The notes below the pieces were generated by a model. That model ran no database searches, was not told the origin of the DNA, and worked only from the letters and a program-made list of their open reading frames with translations. Position numbers and translations under genes: made by a program. From the IMG/VR virus record IMGVR_UViG_3300045988_132388: a stretch of DNA of 64,000 nucleotides; one strand, written 5' to 3'. Origin of the DNA: a virus. Of this stretch, positions 1 through 9,118 are shown piece after piece (positions within the stretch are counted from its first letter, which is position 1; the number at the start of each line of letters is the position of its first letter).

Positions 1-29
1 ATATTCTATAAAGTATTTAAAATGTTATT

Positions 30-66
30 GCCGCTCTTGGTCCGCGAGGATGAAGGGCGGCTTTTT
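30..66. terminator. GC-rich hairpin plus T5 run just past the 3' end of the lysis genes
   Basis: GCCGCTCTT (30-38) pairs with AAGGGCGGC (53-61) as a 9-bp stem and is followed by TTTTT (62-66). It lies immediately downstream of the minus-strand endolysin stop. Confidence 0.45.
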
Positions 67-82
67 AGTAGAGGTGAAAAAA

Positions 83-520
83 TTATTTCTTGAAGAACCA
101 GTCGGCTTCCCACTGTCTGCGCTTTACCAGTCCTGGCAGAACTTTTTTGCCGCAATGCACCCATTTGGCGAACTCTGCTCTTATCTCCGCCTCACTGGCT
201 CTTGCTGTCACCTTCTTCAGTAGGGTGGAACTGGCGAGACGTGCGCTGCCGAGGTTGTAGCAGAAGTCGCAGAGGGCATCAAACTCAAACTGGTTTCGGC
301 ATACTTCGAGGTTGGTGACGAAGCGTTCGGCAGATGCGAGGTCACGGCGCAGGAGTTCCGTTGCGGCATCCCGTGTTATCGTCATGTGAGGCTTTACGTC
401 GGGACCGTAGTGTCCGTAGCCGATGGTTAGATACTTCTCCGTCTTGTATGCCTTGCAGGGTTTCGCGGAGAATCCTTCGAATGTCTTGATTTTTTCAATC
501 AGTAAGTCACTTGCTTTCAT
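83..520 (-). CDS. endolysin, T4/lambda-type lysozyme (glycoside hydrolase 24-like)
   Basis: 145 aa. The N-terminal FEGFSAKPCKAYKTEKYLTIGYGHYG matches the E-x8-(D/C)-x5-T catalytic pattern of GH24 phage lysozymes. A small 2-TM protein is adjacent. Confidence 0.88.
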   Translation of the reverse strand: MKASDLLIEKIKTFEGFSAKPCKAYKTEKYLTIGYGHYGPDVKPHMTITRDAATELLRRDLASAERFVTNLEVCRNQFEFDALCDFCYNLGSARLASSTLLKKVTARASEAEIRAEFAKWVHCGKKVLPGLVKRRQWEADWFFKK

Positions 521-591
521 GTTGTTTATTTTTTATGTTTTTTGCATCAGGTAAAACAGATTTCACGAATCTTTTCTTCTTCGTGCAACTT

Positions 592-840
592 TTATAATAT
601 GTAGTTTATCCAATTGACGGGAAGAGTATTGGCGAGGAGGACTCTCACCATGCACCCCACCGCCACGGCGAGGCATCCTCTCATTATGTCTCCCCTGTTC
701 CACTCACCATGGTAGTAATGGCAGCGGTCGTTGTCTTCATGCACTATCAACGCCAGCAGACCGAAGCCGCCGCCCAGCAGCACGGCAATACCGAAGTATA
801 CCGCCATGCCCATTATGTTCCTTCTCGTTTTCTGTTTCAT
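592..840 (-). CDS. putative holin (small 2-TM membrane protein)
   Basis: 82 aa with two hydrophobic helices (MAVYFGIAVLLGGGFGLLALIV and GCLAVAVGCMVRVLLA). It lies directly upstream of the endolysin. Confidence 0.55.
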   Translation of the reverse strand: MKQKTRRNIMGMAVYFGIAVLLGGGFGLLALIVHEDNDRCHYYHGEWNRGDIMRGCLAVAVGCMVRVLLANTLPVNWINYIL

Positions 841-946
841 TGTCCCTTTTTTACGTTATACGTTGAAAACCTCTTTGTCGCTCACTATTATATGCAAGCC
901 GTCCTGGTCGTTCCATACCTCAATCATGCAGTCGTGGTCAAGGCAG

Positions 947-2188
947 TCATCCACAATGTCGCCCAATAGCATCATATCCGTACAGTACTTTTTCTATGTT
1001 TCTCTTGTCTCTCAGCATCCTCTTTGCCGCTTCGCCTTCCCTGTACCGTTTCTTCAGCCTTACACTCCTGAACCGACCTTTCACATAGACGTACCTATAG
1101 AAGTCATCGCTGAGCATAGACAACGCCTTGCGTCGTATGGCATAGCTGTTGCAGTGGGTCATGATGCCGAGATAGCTATTGAGGGAGCATACGAAATGCC
1201 TTATTTCCACCACACTGCAGTCCTGAACCCTGCTGTTGATATAGTGTACAAGGTCAAACAGTTTCGCCACCGTGCGGTTGCCGATATACACCCTGTCTTT
1301 CTTCACCACCATACCCGTGAACTTCGCGCCCTTGTACGCATCCTGCACCATAATCTTGCGAGGATGGAGCGTAACGTCAAGCGTGCGCAGGTACTCTCTT
1401 ATCTTCGGTATGCTGTTCAACAACACCCCTTTGTTGCCATGCACAATAATGAAGTCATCCACATATCTGCCGTGGAAGGAGAATCCCAATGCCAACTCCA
1501 GCATCCAGTCGAAGTCCGACAGCCAGTAGTTGGCGTTGTGCTGACTCGTCAGATTACCGATTGGCACGCCGTGTCCGGGTTTTGATGTCTCCAAGGATTT
1601 CCCTTTGGGGACTTTATCCACCAGATCCTGTGGCGATTTCCGTCGGCATCCGTCAAGAGGGTCATTCATTATCGTTACCATCGATAGGTAGCGTAGGTCT
1701 TCTTTGTCGCTGCCATCGTAATACTTCATAATGAAGCGGTCCACTTTCTCGGCAAGAGCTTTTCTCGGTATGCTCATGAAGAATCCCTTCATATCGCATT
1801 TTAGATACCAGCACGGCTTCGTGAAATTTCCGGAGCACAGTCTGATGTCGTCCCGTAGCTGCATGATGCCGTAGAGTTGTCCTTTCCCTTTTCTGCAATT
1901 ATACGTCCTTGTATTGAACACCTTCTCATACAGAGGTTCCAGGCGCAACATGATATAGTGGTGTATGACCCTATCGCGGTAGTTTGCCGCAAAAACCTCC
2001 CGGAGGACAGGCTTGGTAACAACGAACGATATGGAAGGCAGAGGCTCGTAACATCTGTTGTTGATGTCTTCCGTCAGACTTGTTATATTCTCAAACAGCC
2101 TGATATTGAACTGTATAGCATCGGGCGATTTCGCCTTCCTCTTTATACAGTTGTAATGAGCCTTCAGTAATTCTTCTGCTTCAACCAT
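947..2188 (-). CDS. DGR reverse transcriptase
   Basis: 413 aa. Contains RT motifs including the DGR-specific IGNLTSQ (I/LGxxxSQ) and the catalytic YVDDF. It lies 31 nt downstream of the template repeat. Confidence 0.92.
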   Translation of the reverse strand: MVEAEELLKAHYNCIKRKAKSPDAIQFNIRLFENITSLTEDINNRCYEPLPSISFVVTKPVLREVFAANYRDRVIHHYIMLRLEPLYEKVFNTRTYNCRKGKGQLYGIMQLRDDIRLCSGNFTKPCWYLKCDMKGFFMSIPRKALAEKVDRFIMKYYDGSDKEDLRYLSMVTIMNDPLDGCRRKSPQDLVDKVPKGKSLETSKPGHGVPIGNLTSQHNANYWLSDFDWMLELALGFSFHGRYVDDFIIVHGNKGVLLNSIPKIREYLRTLDVTLHPRKIMVQDAYKGAKFTGMVVKKDRVYIGNRTVAKLFDLVHYINSRVQDCSVVEIRHFVCSLNSYLGIMTHCNSYAIRRKALSMLSDDFYRYVYVKGRFRSVRLKKRYREGEAAKRMLRDKRNIEKVLYGYDAIGRHCG

Positions 2189-2219
2189 ACCTGTATGTTT
2201 ACCGCTTTTCTCTTCTTAG

Positions 2220-2345
2220 TGCTGTAACCGGACGAACTTGATTGCTAACGCCGCGGCCGTTGTTGCCGCGATTGCCATTGTCGAAGTTCAGATTCCTCGC
2301 GTTCGTAGCGCCGTTCTCGACACACGACCAATAGTTCGCACGATT
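2220..2345 (-). repeat. DGR template repeat (TR)
   Basis: Gap-free alignment to 2938-3063 at an offset of 718. All 14 mismatches in the 122-nt core are at T on the plus strand, which is A on the coding strand. The TR reading frame is rich in AAC/AAT codons. Confidence 0.92.
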
Positions 2346-2383
2346 TTCCTGCATTACCTTATTCTTAACTGATTCCCGACAGC

Positions 2384-2842
2384 CTACAAACGCTGTCGCG
2401 GATTGACAGTAGCAGGACCATTATTCAACTGAGAATCGCTTCTCCCGTCAGCCGTAGCCGGACGGAACTCTCGCTTTCTGTCATTGACCGCAACGGGATT
2501 CGATGACTTTCTCATAGCTGTAGCCTGTCTGCCGATAGAGGTCATAAGACGACAGATGTCCGCCTGTTTTCTTTCGTCGAACAGCTTGCGCTCAAAACAG
2601 AGACGCAGCAGGGTACCAAGCAGCTCATACTTCACCGTAAAGCCGAGTATATACTTGTATCGGTTTTCAAACGGCGCAATATTATAAAGCTGTATATACT
2701 CAAACAGCTCCAGTGTCACCTTCGTCAGCTTTTCGCCGAGGTCGTATCTGAACATCCGTGGAAAGTTCCCCTTCCACCCCATCAGCTTGCTTGTCAGCTC
2801 GTATGTCGCCTTGTATATCTGCGTATCCCTTGCCAGTCCCAT
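2384..2842 (-). CDS. avd: DGR accessory variability determinant (four-helix-bundle, 23S rRNA IVS-protein-like)
   Basis: 152 aa. The helical N-terminal ~115 aa (YKATYELT...LGEKL...ELFEYI...) are typical of the four-helix-bundle/Avd family. It is positioned between the target gene and the TR. Confidence 0.75.
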   Translation of the reverse strand: MGLARDTQIYKATYELTSKLMGWKGNFPRMFRYDLGEKLTKVTLELFEYIQLYNIAPFENRYKYILGFTVKYELLGTLLRLCFERKLFDERKQADICRLMTSIGRQATAMRKSSNPVAVNDRKREFRPATADGRSDSQLNNGPATVNPRQRL

Positions 2843-2863
2843 GTCTCTTTTCTGTCGTTAAGG

Positions 2864-2886
2864 CTTCCCGACACAAGGTCGGGAAG
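2864..2886 (-). promoter_or_regulatory. perfect 9-bp hairpin downstream of the VR
   Basis: CTTCCCGAC (2864-2872), loop ACAAG, GTCGGGAAG (2878-2886). It lies about 50 nt 3' of the VR/stop codon on the coding strand and has no U-run. Confidence 0.5.
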
Positions 2887-2931
2887 TAGAGAGATAATCG
2901 AAATTGATAAATTGATTAAATGATAAATGGA

Positions 2932-3684
2932 TTAAAATGCTGTAACCGGACGAACTCGAGCGCTAACGCCGCGGCCGTTGCCGCCGCGACCGCCAATGCC
3001 GAAGTACAGATGCCTCGCGCTCGCAGCGCCGTTCTCGACACACGACCAATAGTCCGCACGGTTGAGTGGTACCGCCCTCTGCTTGCCTGCCGCATTGATG
3101 CGTGCGATGGCAAGGTTGATGGTGTTGAAGTGATCGTGGATCAGGGCAAGGTCGCCCATCGTGGGCAACCACCAGGACTTCGCCGCAATGACGCTGTCGC
3201 CGCCCACGTCGCCTGTATGCCCTTTCGAGTATGCGTAGGCATACGCCACGGCGTAGGTATCGGGGCTGTCGGAGGCAAATGCTGCGTTCGCCATAATCGC
3301 CGCCGTGCGAGCCTTGCCGTCATACGAGTTCAGATCCTGGCTGCTGTTCACCTCTACCGTCGTAGAGCTTCCCCACTGTCTTGTCACCTCGTCGAGGGCG
3401 ATACCGAGACGGTATCCTCCATACTGGACCACTATGGCATCGGCATCCGCCTGGGTTATGCCGATATTCGTGCGGTTCCACTCTTCCATTCGCAGGTAAG
3501 ATCCCCTTTCCTCTCTCTGCATCTTACCGATAAATACTCCGTCGCCAAGAGCCGTAAGGTTCTTGTTCATCAAATCCACCATGTCGTTTTTTGCTATCTT
3601 TAGAAAATCGTCCTTGATAGCGTTGCTTACTACCGTCGGGTTGGCTGCCAACCACTCGGTCAGTGATATTGTCTTGATTGCCAT
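2932..3684 (-). CDS. DGR target protein, C-type-lectin/DUF1566-like variable C-terminus (probable receptor-binding tip)
   Basis: 250 aa. Contains WWLPTMGDL plus a C-terminal ...DYWSCVENGAASARHLYFGIGGRGGNGRGVSARVRPVTAF that carries the VR. It is adjacent to the 848-aa fibre gene. Confidence 0.85.
   Translation of the reverse strand: MAIKTISLTEWLAANPTVVSNAIKDDFLKIAKNDMVDLMNKNLTALGDGVFIGKMQREERGSYLRMEEWNRTNIGITQADADAIVVQYGGYRLGIALDEVTRQWGSSTTVEVNSSQDLNSYDGKARTAAIMANAAFASDSPDTYAVAYAYAYSKGHTGDVGGDSVIAAKSWWLPTMGDLALIHDHFNTINLAIARINAAGKQRAVPLNRADYWSCVENGAASARHLYFGIGGRGGNGRGVSARVRPVTAF
2938..3063 (-). repeat. DGR variable repeat (VR)
   Basis: Matches the TR (2220-2345) and ends 3 nt before the target stop codon. 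14 adenine-specific differences affect about 12 codons. Confidence 0.92.
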
Positions 3685-3718
3685 ATAATTTTTATTGTTT
3701 AAAAGTTAATAATTCTGT

Positions 3719-6265
3719 TTATTTGGTATTTGCCATGTGTAGAGCGTAGTATTCCGTGCCGTCCCACACAAGCAGGATGTCTATTATATTACCTGCGTTA
3801 CAATAGAGTCCGTCTGTCTTCACGGAGCTCTTGTTGTATAGTTGCGGAACTTGTGTGGTGTTATACGACCCACTTGTCTGGCGACCGCAAATCTTTACGT
3901 TGTGCGGTGATACAGGGCTACATATCACCTGTACTCTCAAGCACCATGTGTGGTCGGCGCTTGCGATAAATGCTGCCACATCGTCGCGTTTGGGTAACAC
4001 CGCAAGCACATCAACCTTTGGGCAGACAAAAAGCCAACGGTTGCCATAGGTGTTCAAGTTCACACACCCGAACTGCTCCGTATTGTGCGTAATGGGCGCA
4101 AAGGATATACCCTCTATCATACCTCGCAAGACGCCATGTCCGACACCCATAAAGGCATAGTTCCTTCCTTTTATACTACCCGAAGCCTCCAGCCATGCCG
4201 CCACATTGTACGTACCCCACGGTATGTCAGTTTTCGCATAGTTTACCTTGAACTCCGCTCCCATCAGGAAGTTGTTGTCACGTATCACGCCCACCTTGCT
4301 GCTCAGATTGCCGCCGTCTGCGGAGATATGGATATTGCTCGCTTCACCTTTGGAAGTGCCAAGCCAATCATCAGGGATGTTATACGTAAGTCCGTTACTT
4401 CCAACTTCAAAACCACCGAGTATTGTGCCGTCCTTCTGCCGTTCACCGCAGAACTTTCCGCCGTTAATCCACGAGCTGTCCGTCACGTTTATGTTTTTGT
4501 ATATTCCGTTTACAGCAGTAATATCAGTAAACGTGCCGCCATTGGAATGGATATTCTTGAATGTGCCGCCGTTGCAAACAATATCGTCCGTCTCGAACAC
4601 ACCGTCAGCATTCACCCTTGCGGTCGTCTTGCCGAGGTTGTTTCTTACCTCGAACTTATCTGCCGTCACGATAACTTTCCGGTTGAAAATGTCGATTCCT
4701 GTCGCTAACATCTCCTCTGTCGTGATAGCCCTGTTGGTGTATTCCGTCGCCCTGCCGTAGGGTTCGAGCTTCAGTCCTGCTATCGCAATCATGCTGTTCT
4801 TCCTCAGCTGCACGGGAATAACGCCTACTGTGCCATCGGTATCTACGCTGAACGTCACGCTGTATCTCGTCCATTCGTATGTCAGCGTCCTGTCGGGCGA
4901 TACGGCGCCGTTGCCGTCCATCGACCAGTTACCATCGTCACGCACTGCCCACGAACAGCCGCTGTTGCTGCCATCGTAGAGATAGGAGTTGAACGAACCT
5001 TTGCCCTGCGCCCAGAAGCTCAACGTATAGACCGAACCTCTGCCGAGCGTCAGCACCTTGCCCGAATCCACCACGTCGAGGTTTGCCGACGAGGATGAAG
5101 CACCCGCAACCACATCGAGCATTTTTCCGTCAATCTCCGCCTTGTCGTCAGCTATCGCCGTACCGTTGCCGAAGCTCCATGCGTTGCTGCGGATGTCGGG
5201 CAGGATATTACCGAGAGCAACAGCATCATCTCTGTTTGCCGACCATGCCGTGCCGTAGCCGTTCGCCGCATCCTCTATCTTCTCTATCTGCGCACATTGC
5301 AGGAAACACTTGCCGCCGCCGTCGTCCTTGCGAGGGTAGGGGAACACGGCAAACTGATATTCTCCTGTCGCTCCGGCATGTGTCCATTTCGTCTCCGCCT
5401 TGCTGTCGGTGGTAGACCTAAGGTCCACATACTGCGTATACGTCCATGTTCCGCTGCCATTCTCCTTGTAGACATAAGCCCTCATGCTGCCGCCACGGGC
5501 AGAGAGTGTAGCGTCAATCCGTCCCCAAATGCTCATGGCATAACTCTTGCCCTTCTCTAAGCGTACCTTGCGCTTGCAGAAGCCGTAGATGCCGCTGCCC
5601 TGGTTCACATAGGAGTTAGGAATCAGATTTCTGTCCCTCACCTCCGTCTGGTTTACCTTCGCACTAATCCTGTTGGAAGTCACCTCTAACGTGCCGACTC
5701 TCTTCGTGAGAGCACCGTTCGCAGTTTTGAGAGAATCAATCTTCCCTTCCGCACTGTCCACTCTGTCGCTTATGCTCGTATAGCTTGCAACAAGTCCCTT
5801 GCTCGTAGAAGACAAGCCACCCCAGAAGGAGCCGCCGTCAACCGTGAACTTCACCTGTGCCGTATACGTCTTGCCGTCGAGTGTGCAGGGGATGGAGATG
5901 TTGGCATATCCTGCCGTACTCGGAATCCTGTGTCCGTCAACGGTCGCTGCCGTGTTGATGGCAGAAAACTGTACCAGCCCCACGGCGCTGCCGCCGACAA
6001 CACTCTTCGATACATAGCCTTGGCAGTTTACGAACACCGCGTTCTTGTCGGCGAAGGTGCAGGAGGCTGTAATGTCCTCGCTGCCCTTGAATACCTTTAT
6101 CTGCGCCTTCTGCGACAACGAGGAGCTTTTAATCTCTCCGTTGTCGTCAGTAGAGAACACAAGGGTGTCGGGGGTAATCCTTACGACAACCCCGTCTTCG
6201 CCATCCTTGCCGTCCTTACCCTTGCGCAGATAGTTTACGATTGTTACATATTGTGCTCCTGCCAT
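3719..6265 (-). CDS. tail fibre / receptor-binding protein
   Basis: 848 aa. Has an N-terminal collagen-like KGKDGKDGEDG, a coiled segment (RVDSAEGKIDSLKTANGALTKRVGTLEV), and repeated jelly-roll-like blocks beginning NLIPNSY... and NILPDIRS... It lies between baseplate-like genes and the DGR target. Confidence 0.65.
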   Translation of the reverse strand: MAGAQYVTIVNYLRKGKDGKDGEDGVVVRITPDTLVFSTDDNGEIKSSSLSQKAQIKVFKGSEDITASCTFADKNAVFVNCQGYVSKSVVGGSAVGLVQFSAINTAATVDGHRIPSTAGYANISIPCTLDGKTYTAQVKFTVDGGSFWGGLSSTSKGLVASYTSISDRVDSAEGKIDSLKTANGALTKRVGTLEVTSNRISAKVNQTEVRDRNLIPNSYVNQGSGIYGFCKRKVRLEKGKSYAMSIWGRIDATLSARGGSMRAYVYKENGSGTWTYTQYVDLRSTTDSKAETKWTHAGATGEYQFAVFPYPRKDDGGGKCFLQCAQIEKIEDAANGYGTAWSANRDDAVALGNILPDIRSNAWSFGNGTAIADDKAEIDGKMLDVVAGASSSSANLDVVDSGKVLTLGRGSVYTLSFWAQGKGSFNSYLYDGSNSGCSWAVRDDGNWSMDGNGAVSPDRTLTYEWTRYSVTFSVDTDGTVGVIPVQLRKNSMIAIAGLKLEPYGRATEYTNRAITTEEMLATGIDIFNRKVIVTADKFEVRNNLGKTTARVNADGVFETDDIVCNGGTFKNIHSNGGTFTDITAVNGIYKNINVTDSSWINGGKFCGERQKDGTILGGFEVGSNGLTYNIPDDWLGTSKGEASNIHISADGGNLSSKVGVIRDNNFLMGAEFKVNYAKTDIPWGTYNVAAWLEASGSIKGRNYAFMGVGHGVLRGMIEGISFAPITHNTEQFGCVNLNTYGNRWLFVCPKVDVLAVLPKRDDVAAFIASADHTWCLRVQVICSPVSPHNVKICGRQTSGSYNTTQVPQLYNKSSVKTDGLYCNAGNIIDILLVWDGTEYYALHMANTK

Positions 6266-6279
6266 ATTCCTTCAAATTT

Positions 6280-7371
6280 TTAAAGCGTTACTGTTGCCGT
6301 TATCGCCACCTGCACGTTGCCCACATTGGACACAATCTCCTCGGTTACAACGAACTGCTCCTTGTCTGTAATCGGGTCGTCGTATACCGTAGAGCCTTCG
6401 GGGTCGTAGATGACGAACTTCCACTCCACCTTGCTGTCGGGAATAACGGTGTCGTTCATCATTACTACAGGTGTCCATTTCACCTGCGCATGGGTGGGGT
6501 CGCCCTCAATAATCTGCTCGTCCTCCGGGGTAGGGTGGGGTTCTATGCGCAGAGGGTCGGAGATGTCCTTAACGAGCTGTGTGTCCCAGCCTACATTCTC
6601 TCCCGATGCTCCAGTCACCACAACCTTGTACATCCTTGACTGGTTCACGTCTGACGGAGTTACGGTCAACGACTGTGAGGTCTTGCCTGTCAGAATCTCC
6701 ATCACGCCAGTCTCGTTGTTGTTCGCATACCATTGATACTTGAATCCTGATGTAATTGGCGAACCCTCAGCTGCACTGACCTCTGCCGTCAATACCGTGG
6801 ACGCATAGGTAGGGTCACTCGCACTCACAAGACCGCCGTTAGTGGCTCGTATGTTCACTACCGACGCACCAACTGACGCAAGCTTGATGCCCACGTTGGT
6901 ACTTGCCGATACACTTGCGCTGCTCATGCCGTTGGCGATGGTGGCAGTCGCCATGATGTTAAACGGTGTAGCCTGCGAAGCCACAACAACGTTTTTTATT
7001 ATCTTCAGTCCTGCCCTGCGCTGTGCTGTGGCATCCGCATCAATGAGCTGGAAATGTCCCGTTTCACCATTGAAGGTGTTGGTGGAGATACCCTTGTCAT
7101 TAAAGGTCAGCAGGGTGTTTGCCACACGCCATGCCACGCTGCCCTTACTCGGGTAAATCTCGCTGCCCGACTTTTTTGAGCTGAATATCGCCAATTCCAC
7201 GGTCGGCGGATTTGTCTCAAACGAAGGCGAAATGCCTGTTGCTTGCTTGGTGTTCGGGTCGTAACTTGTGTACTGCTGGTATATGTCTCCATAGTCGGAA
7301 ACGAGCATAGCGGAGTATGTTCCGCCCTGCTTGGTATATTGTACTTCAACGATATAACTCGCTTTATCCAT
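6280..7371 (-). CDS. virion protein with Ig-like/beta-sandwich repeats
   Basis: 363 aa, Thr/Val/Ser-rich beta-type sequence with internally similar segments, in the tail operon. Confidence 0.5.
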   Translation of the reverse strand: MDKASYIVEVQYTKQGGTYSAMLVSDYGDIYQQYTSYDPNTKQATGISPSFETNPPTVELAIFSSKKSGSEIYPSKGSVAWRVANTLLTFNDKGISTNTFNGETGHFQLIDADATAQRRAGLKIIKNVVVASQATPFNIMATATIANGMSSASVSASTNVGIKLASVGASVVNIRATNGGLVSASDPTYASTVLTAEVSAAEGSPITSGFKYQWYANNNETGVMEILTGKTSQSLTVTPSDVNQSRMYKVVVTGASGENVGWDTQLVKDISDPLRIEPHPTPEDEQIIEGDPTHAQVKWTPVVMMNDTVIPDSKVEWKFVIYDPEGSTVYDDPITDKEQFVVTEEIVSNVGNVQVAITATVTL

Positions 7372-7374
7372 GTC

Positions 7375-7845
7375 TTACTCCTTTCTTTTTTTGTTGTCTA
7401 CTGTACTTTCTTTCTGCTCTTCCTGGTTCTCTGCCCCGTCTGTCGGCATGTGCGACATGTTCTCGTCAGGTATCACAGGCGGTGTGACCGGCACTACAGG
7501 CTCTGCGGTCTCCGTATTGCCGGAATTGTCATCTGTAGTCCCCTCCGCTGTCTCTGTTGTCTTTGTAGAGCTTGCCTCTGCTTCTGCGTCCTTGTCTAAA
7601 TAGATTGGGGTGTACACGGTAGCTGGAGGGTTTGCCGTGCCGTTGCGCTCTGCCTTTGCTTCCATAGGCGAAAGCAGGGCACCGCCCACATAACTTACCC
7701 TGTCGGCAAGCGTCAAGCCCGGCACGCTGTTGATGTCGGTCATCCAGATAATGTAATTGCCGTCCTTTGTCTTGTTTCTTAACGCGAGGTTGGCGAATAG
7801 TTTTGCAACCTTCGTGGTCACTTTGATTCGTGGAAACTGTGTCAT
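7375..7845 (-). CDS. hypothetical virion protein with acidic disordered C-terminus
   Basis: 156 aa ORF packed between structural genes on the same strand. Confidence 0.55.
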   Translation of the reverse strand: MTQFPRIKVTTKVAKLFANLALRNKTKDGNYIIWMTDINSVPGLTLADRVSYVGGALLSPMEAKAERNGTANPPATVYTPIYLDKDAEAEASSTKTTETAEGTTDDNSGNTETAEPVVPVTPPVIPDENMSHMPTDGAENQEEQKESTVDNKKRKE

Positions 7846-7859
7846 GATTCTTATTTTTT

Positions 7860-9098
7860 TTAGTTCGTATATACTAATTTTCCGTCATCGGTGGCAACAT
7901 AGCTGTCGCCATCCGTGAGAAGCTTCTGTGCTCCCTTGTCTTCAACGCCGAGCCCGATTACCATTCCTGCTGAGAAAGGTATTTCAGGGTTTATCTCGTT
8001 GGATACCACCTTGTCAACGGTCTCGTCAGACTTTCTTACTGTCCAGCTAACAGTGAAATGCTTGTTTATCTCCTCGTCCGTCAACGTCTTGCCGTCCACT
8101 TCCACTACGCAGCGAGGGTTAATGTACTCCTGGTCGGGGTCGGAAGCGTTGCTCACGCCAAGTATGTATGCCTTGTAGTCCGGCATCGTGCGCTTTGCCG
8201 CTAATTCGGCGTAAGGGTCACGCTCGCCGAAGGTGTCTGAAGATCTCAGGGCTGTCCTTCTCATTGCCTTGCACACATACATCTCCATGTCGCCTATAAG
8301 GTTTCTGTCAATCGTCAACGTGCTGCCCTGTACATCGGTCTCCACACCGTCCACGACAGCTTTCTTTGTGGACAATGACACCACGTCCACATCCTCGATA
8401 TGTGTGCCATCGATAAGCTGTAGGTCGTAGGATGTGCCCTGCACATTCACCTTCCTGTACCACTCAAATTTCGTATTCTTAGCGTTGGTAATGTCTCCGC
8501 TACCGTCTGTCAGCAGAGCCTCGAATGTCACGATGGAAGCCTCTGTGACAGGATTCCACACCGATACGGTAGGCGATATATGTAATACTGGAACTGTCTC
8601 TTCCATGTCGTCGCAGAGGATGGTCTTCTGTGCGACGTAGTTGTACACCTGTCCGGACTGGGGGTCAACATACCGTCCCTCGAATTGCAGTCGGATGGGA
8701 TTCTGTACCGAACTGTTCTTGTTGACGAGTAGCATACCCCTTGTCAGCCCGTCGGCAGAGTTACTTACAATCTCGTAGCCGTTCTTGCCGTTCACAATGG
8801 CATCACCTTTCACGTACTTGTTTGATGTCTTGTTATAGACCATCTCGTACCAAGCGAAAGTGAAATTGTCGCTGCTGTTGATATTCACATCCTCACCGCT
8901 GCCGTTCACGTCACGGCTGTTCATGGCACGGCATACCGGGAACAGACATAGCGGTCCATCCTCGTAGTCGGGATAGAAGCCGCCCGTTGCACTGTTGTAG
9001 ACTTGCCTGTCTACCGTGCCTCCGTAGGGAATGATGTCCACGCTCACGTCGAGCGGAGTATAGATAATCCCTAATCTTCTTTTTTTTGCGATTCTCAT
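7860..9098 (-). CDS. hypothetical tail/baseplate protein
   Basis: 412 aa ORF in the structural operon. No recognisable motif. Confidence 0.6.
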   Translation of the reverse strand: MRIAKKRRLGIIYTPLDVSVDIIPYGGTVDRQVYNSATGGFYPDYEDGPLCLFPVCRAMNSRDVNGSGEDVNINSSDNFTFAWYEMVYNKTSNKYVKGDAIVNGKNGYEIVSNSADGLTRGMLLVNKNSSVQNPIRLQFEGRYVDPQSGQVYNYVAQKTILCDDMEETVPVLHISPTVSVWNPVTEASIVTFEALLTDGSGDITNAKNTKFEWYRKVNVQGTSYDLQLIDGTHIEDVDVVSLSTKKAVVDGVETDVQGSTLTIDRNLIGDMEMYVCKAMRRTALRSSDTFGERDPYAELAAKRTMPDYKAYILGVSNASDPDQEYINPRCVVEVDGKTLTDEEINKHFTVSWTVRKSDETVDKVVSNEINPEIPFSAGMVIGLGVEDKGAQKLLTDGDSYVATDDGKLVYTN

Positions 9099-9118
9099 AA
9101 AATGTATATTTATAATGA

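Noticed and set aside
731-1585. 284-aa plus-strand ORF (and 709-969, 1272-1529, 1877-2170)
   Set aside because: It is antisense to the DGR reverse transcriptase, whose motifs are unambiguous. The sequence is low-complexity shadow-ORF composition.
2920-3603. 227-aa plus-strand ORF over the DGR target
   Set aside because: It is antisense to the target gene, which carries the VR in frame. The Ala/Arg-rich translation is typical of a GC-rich shadow frame.
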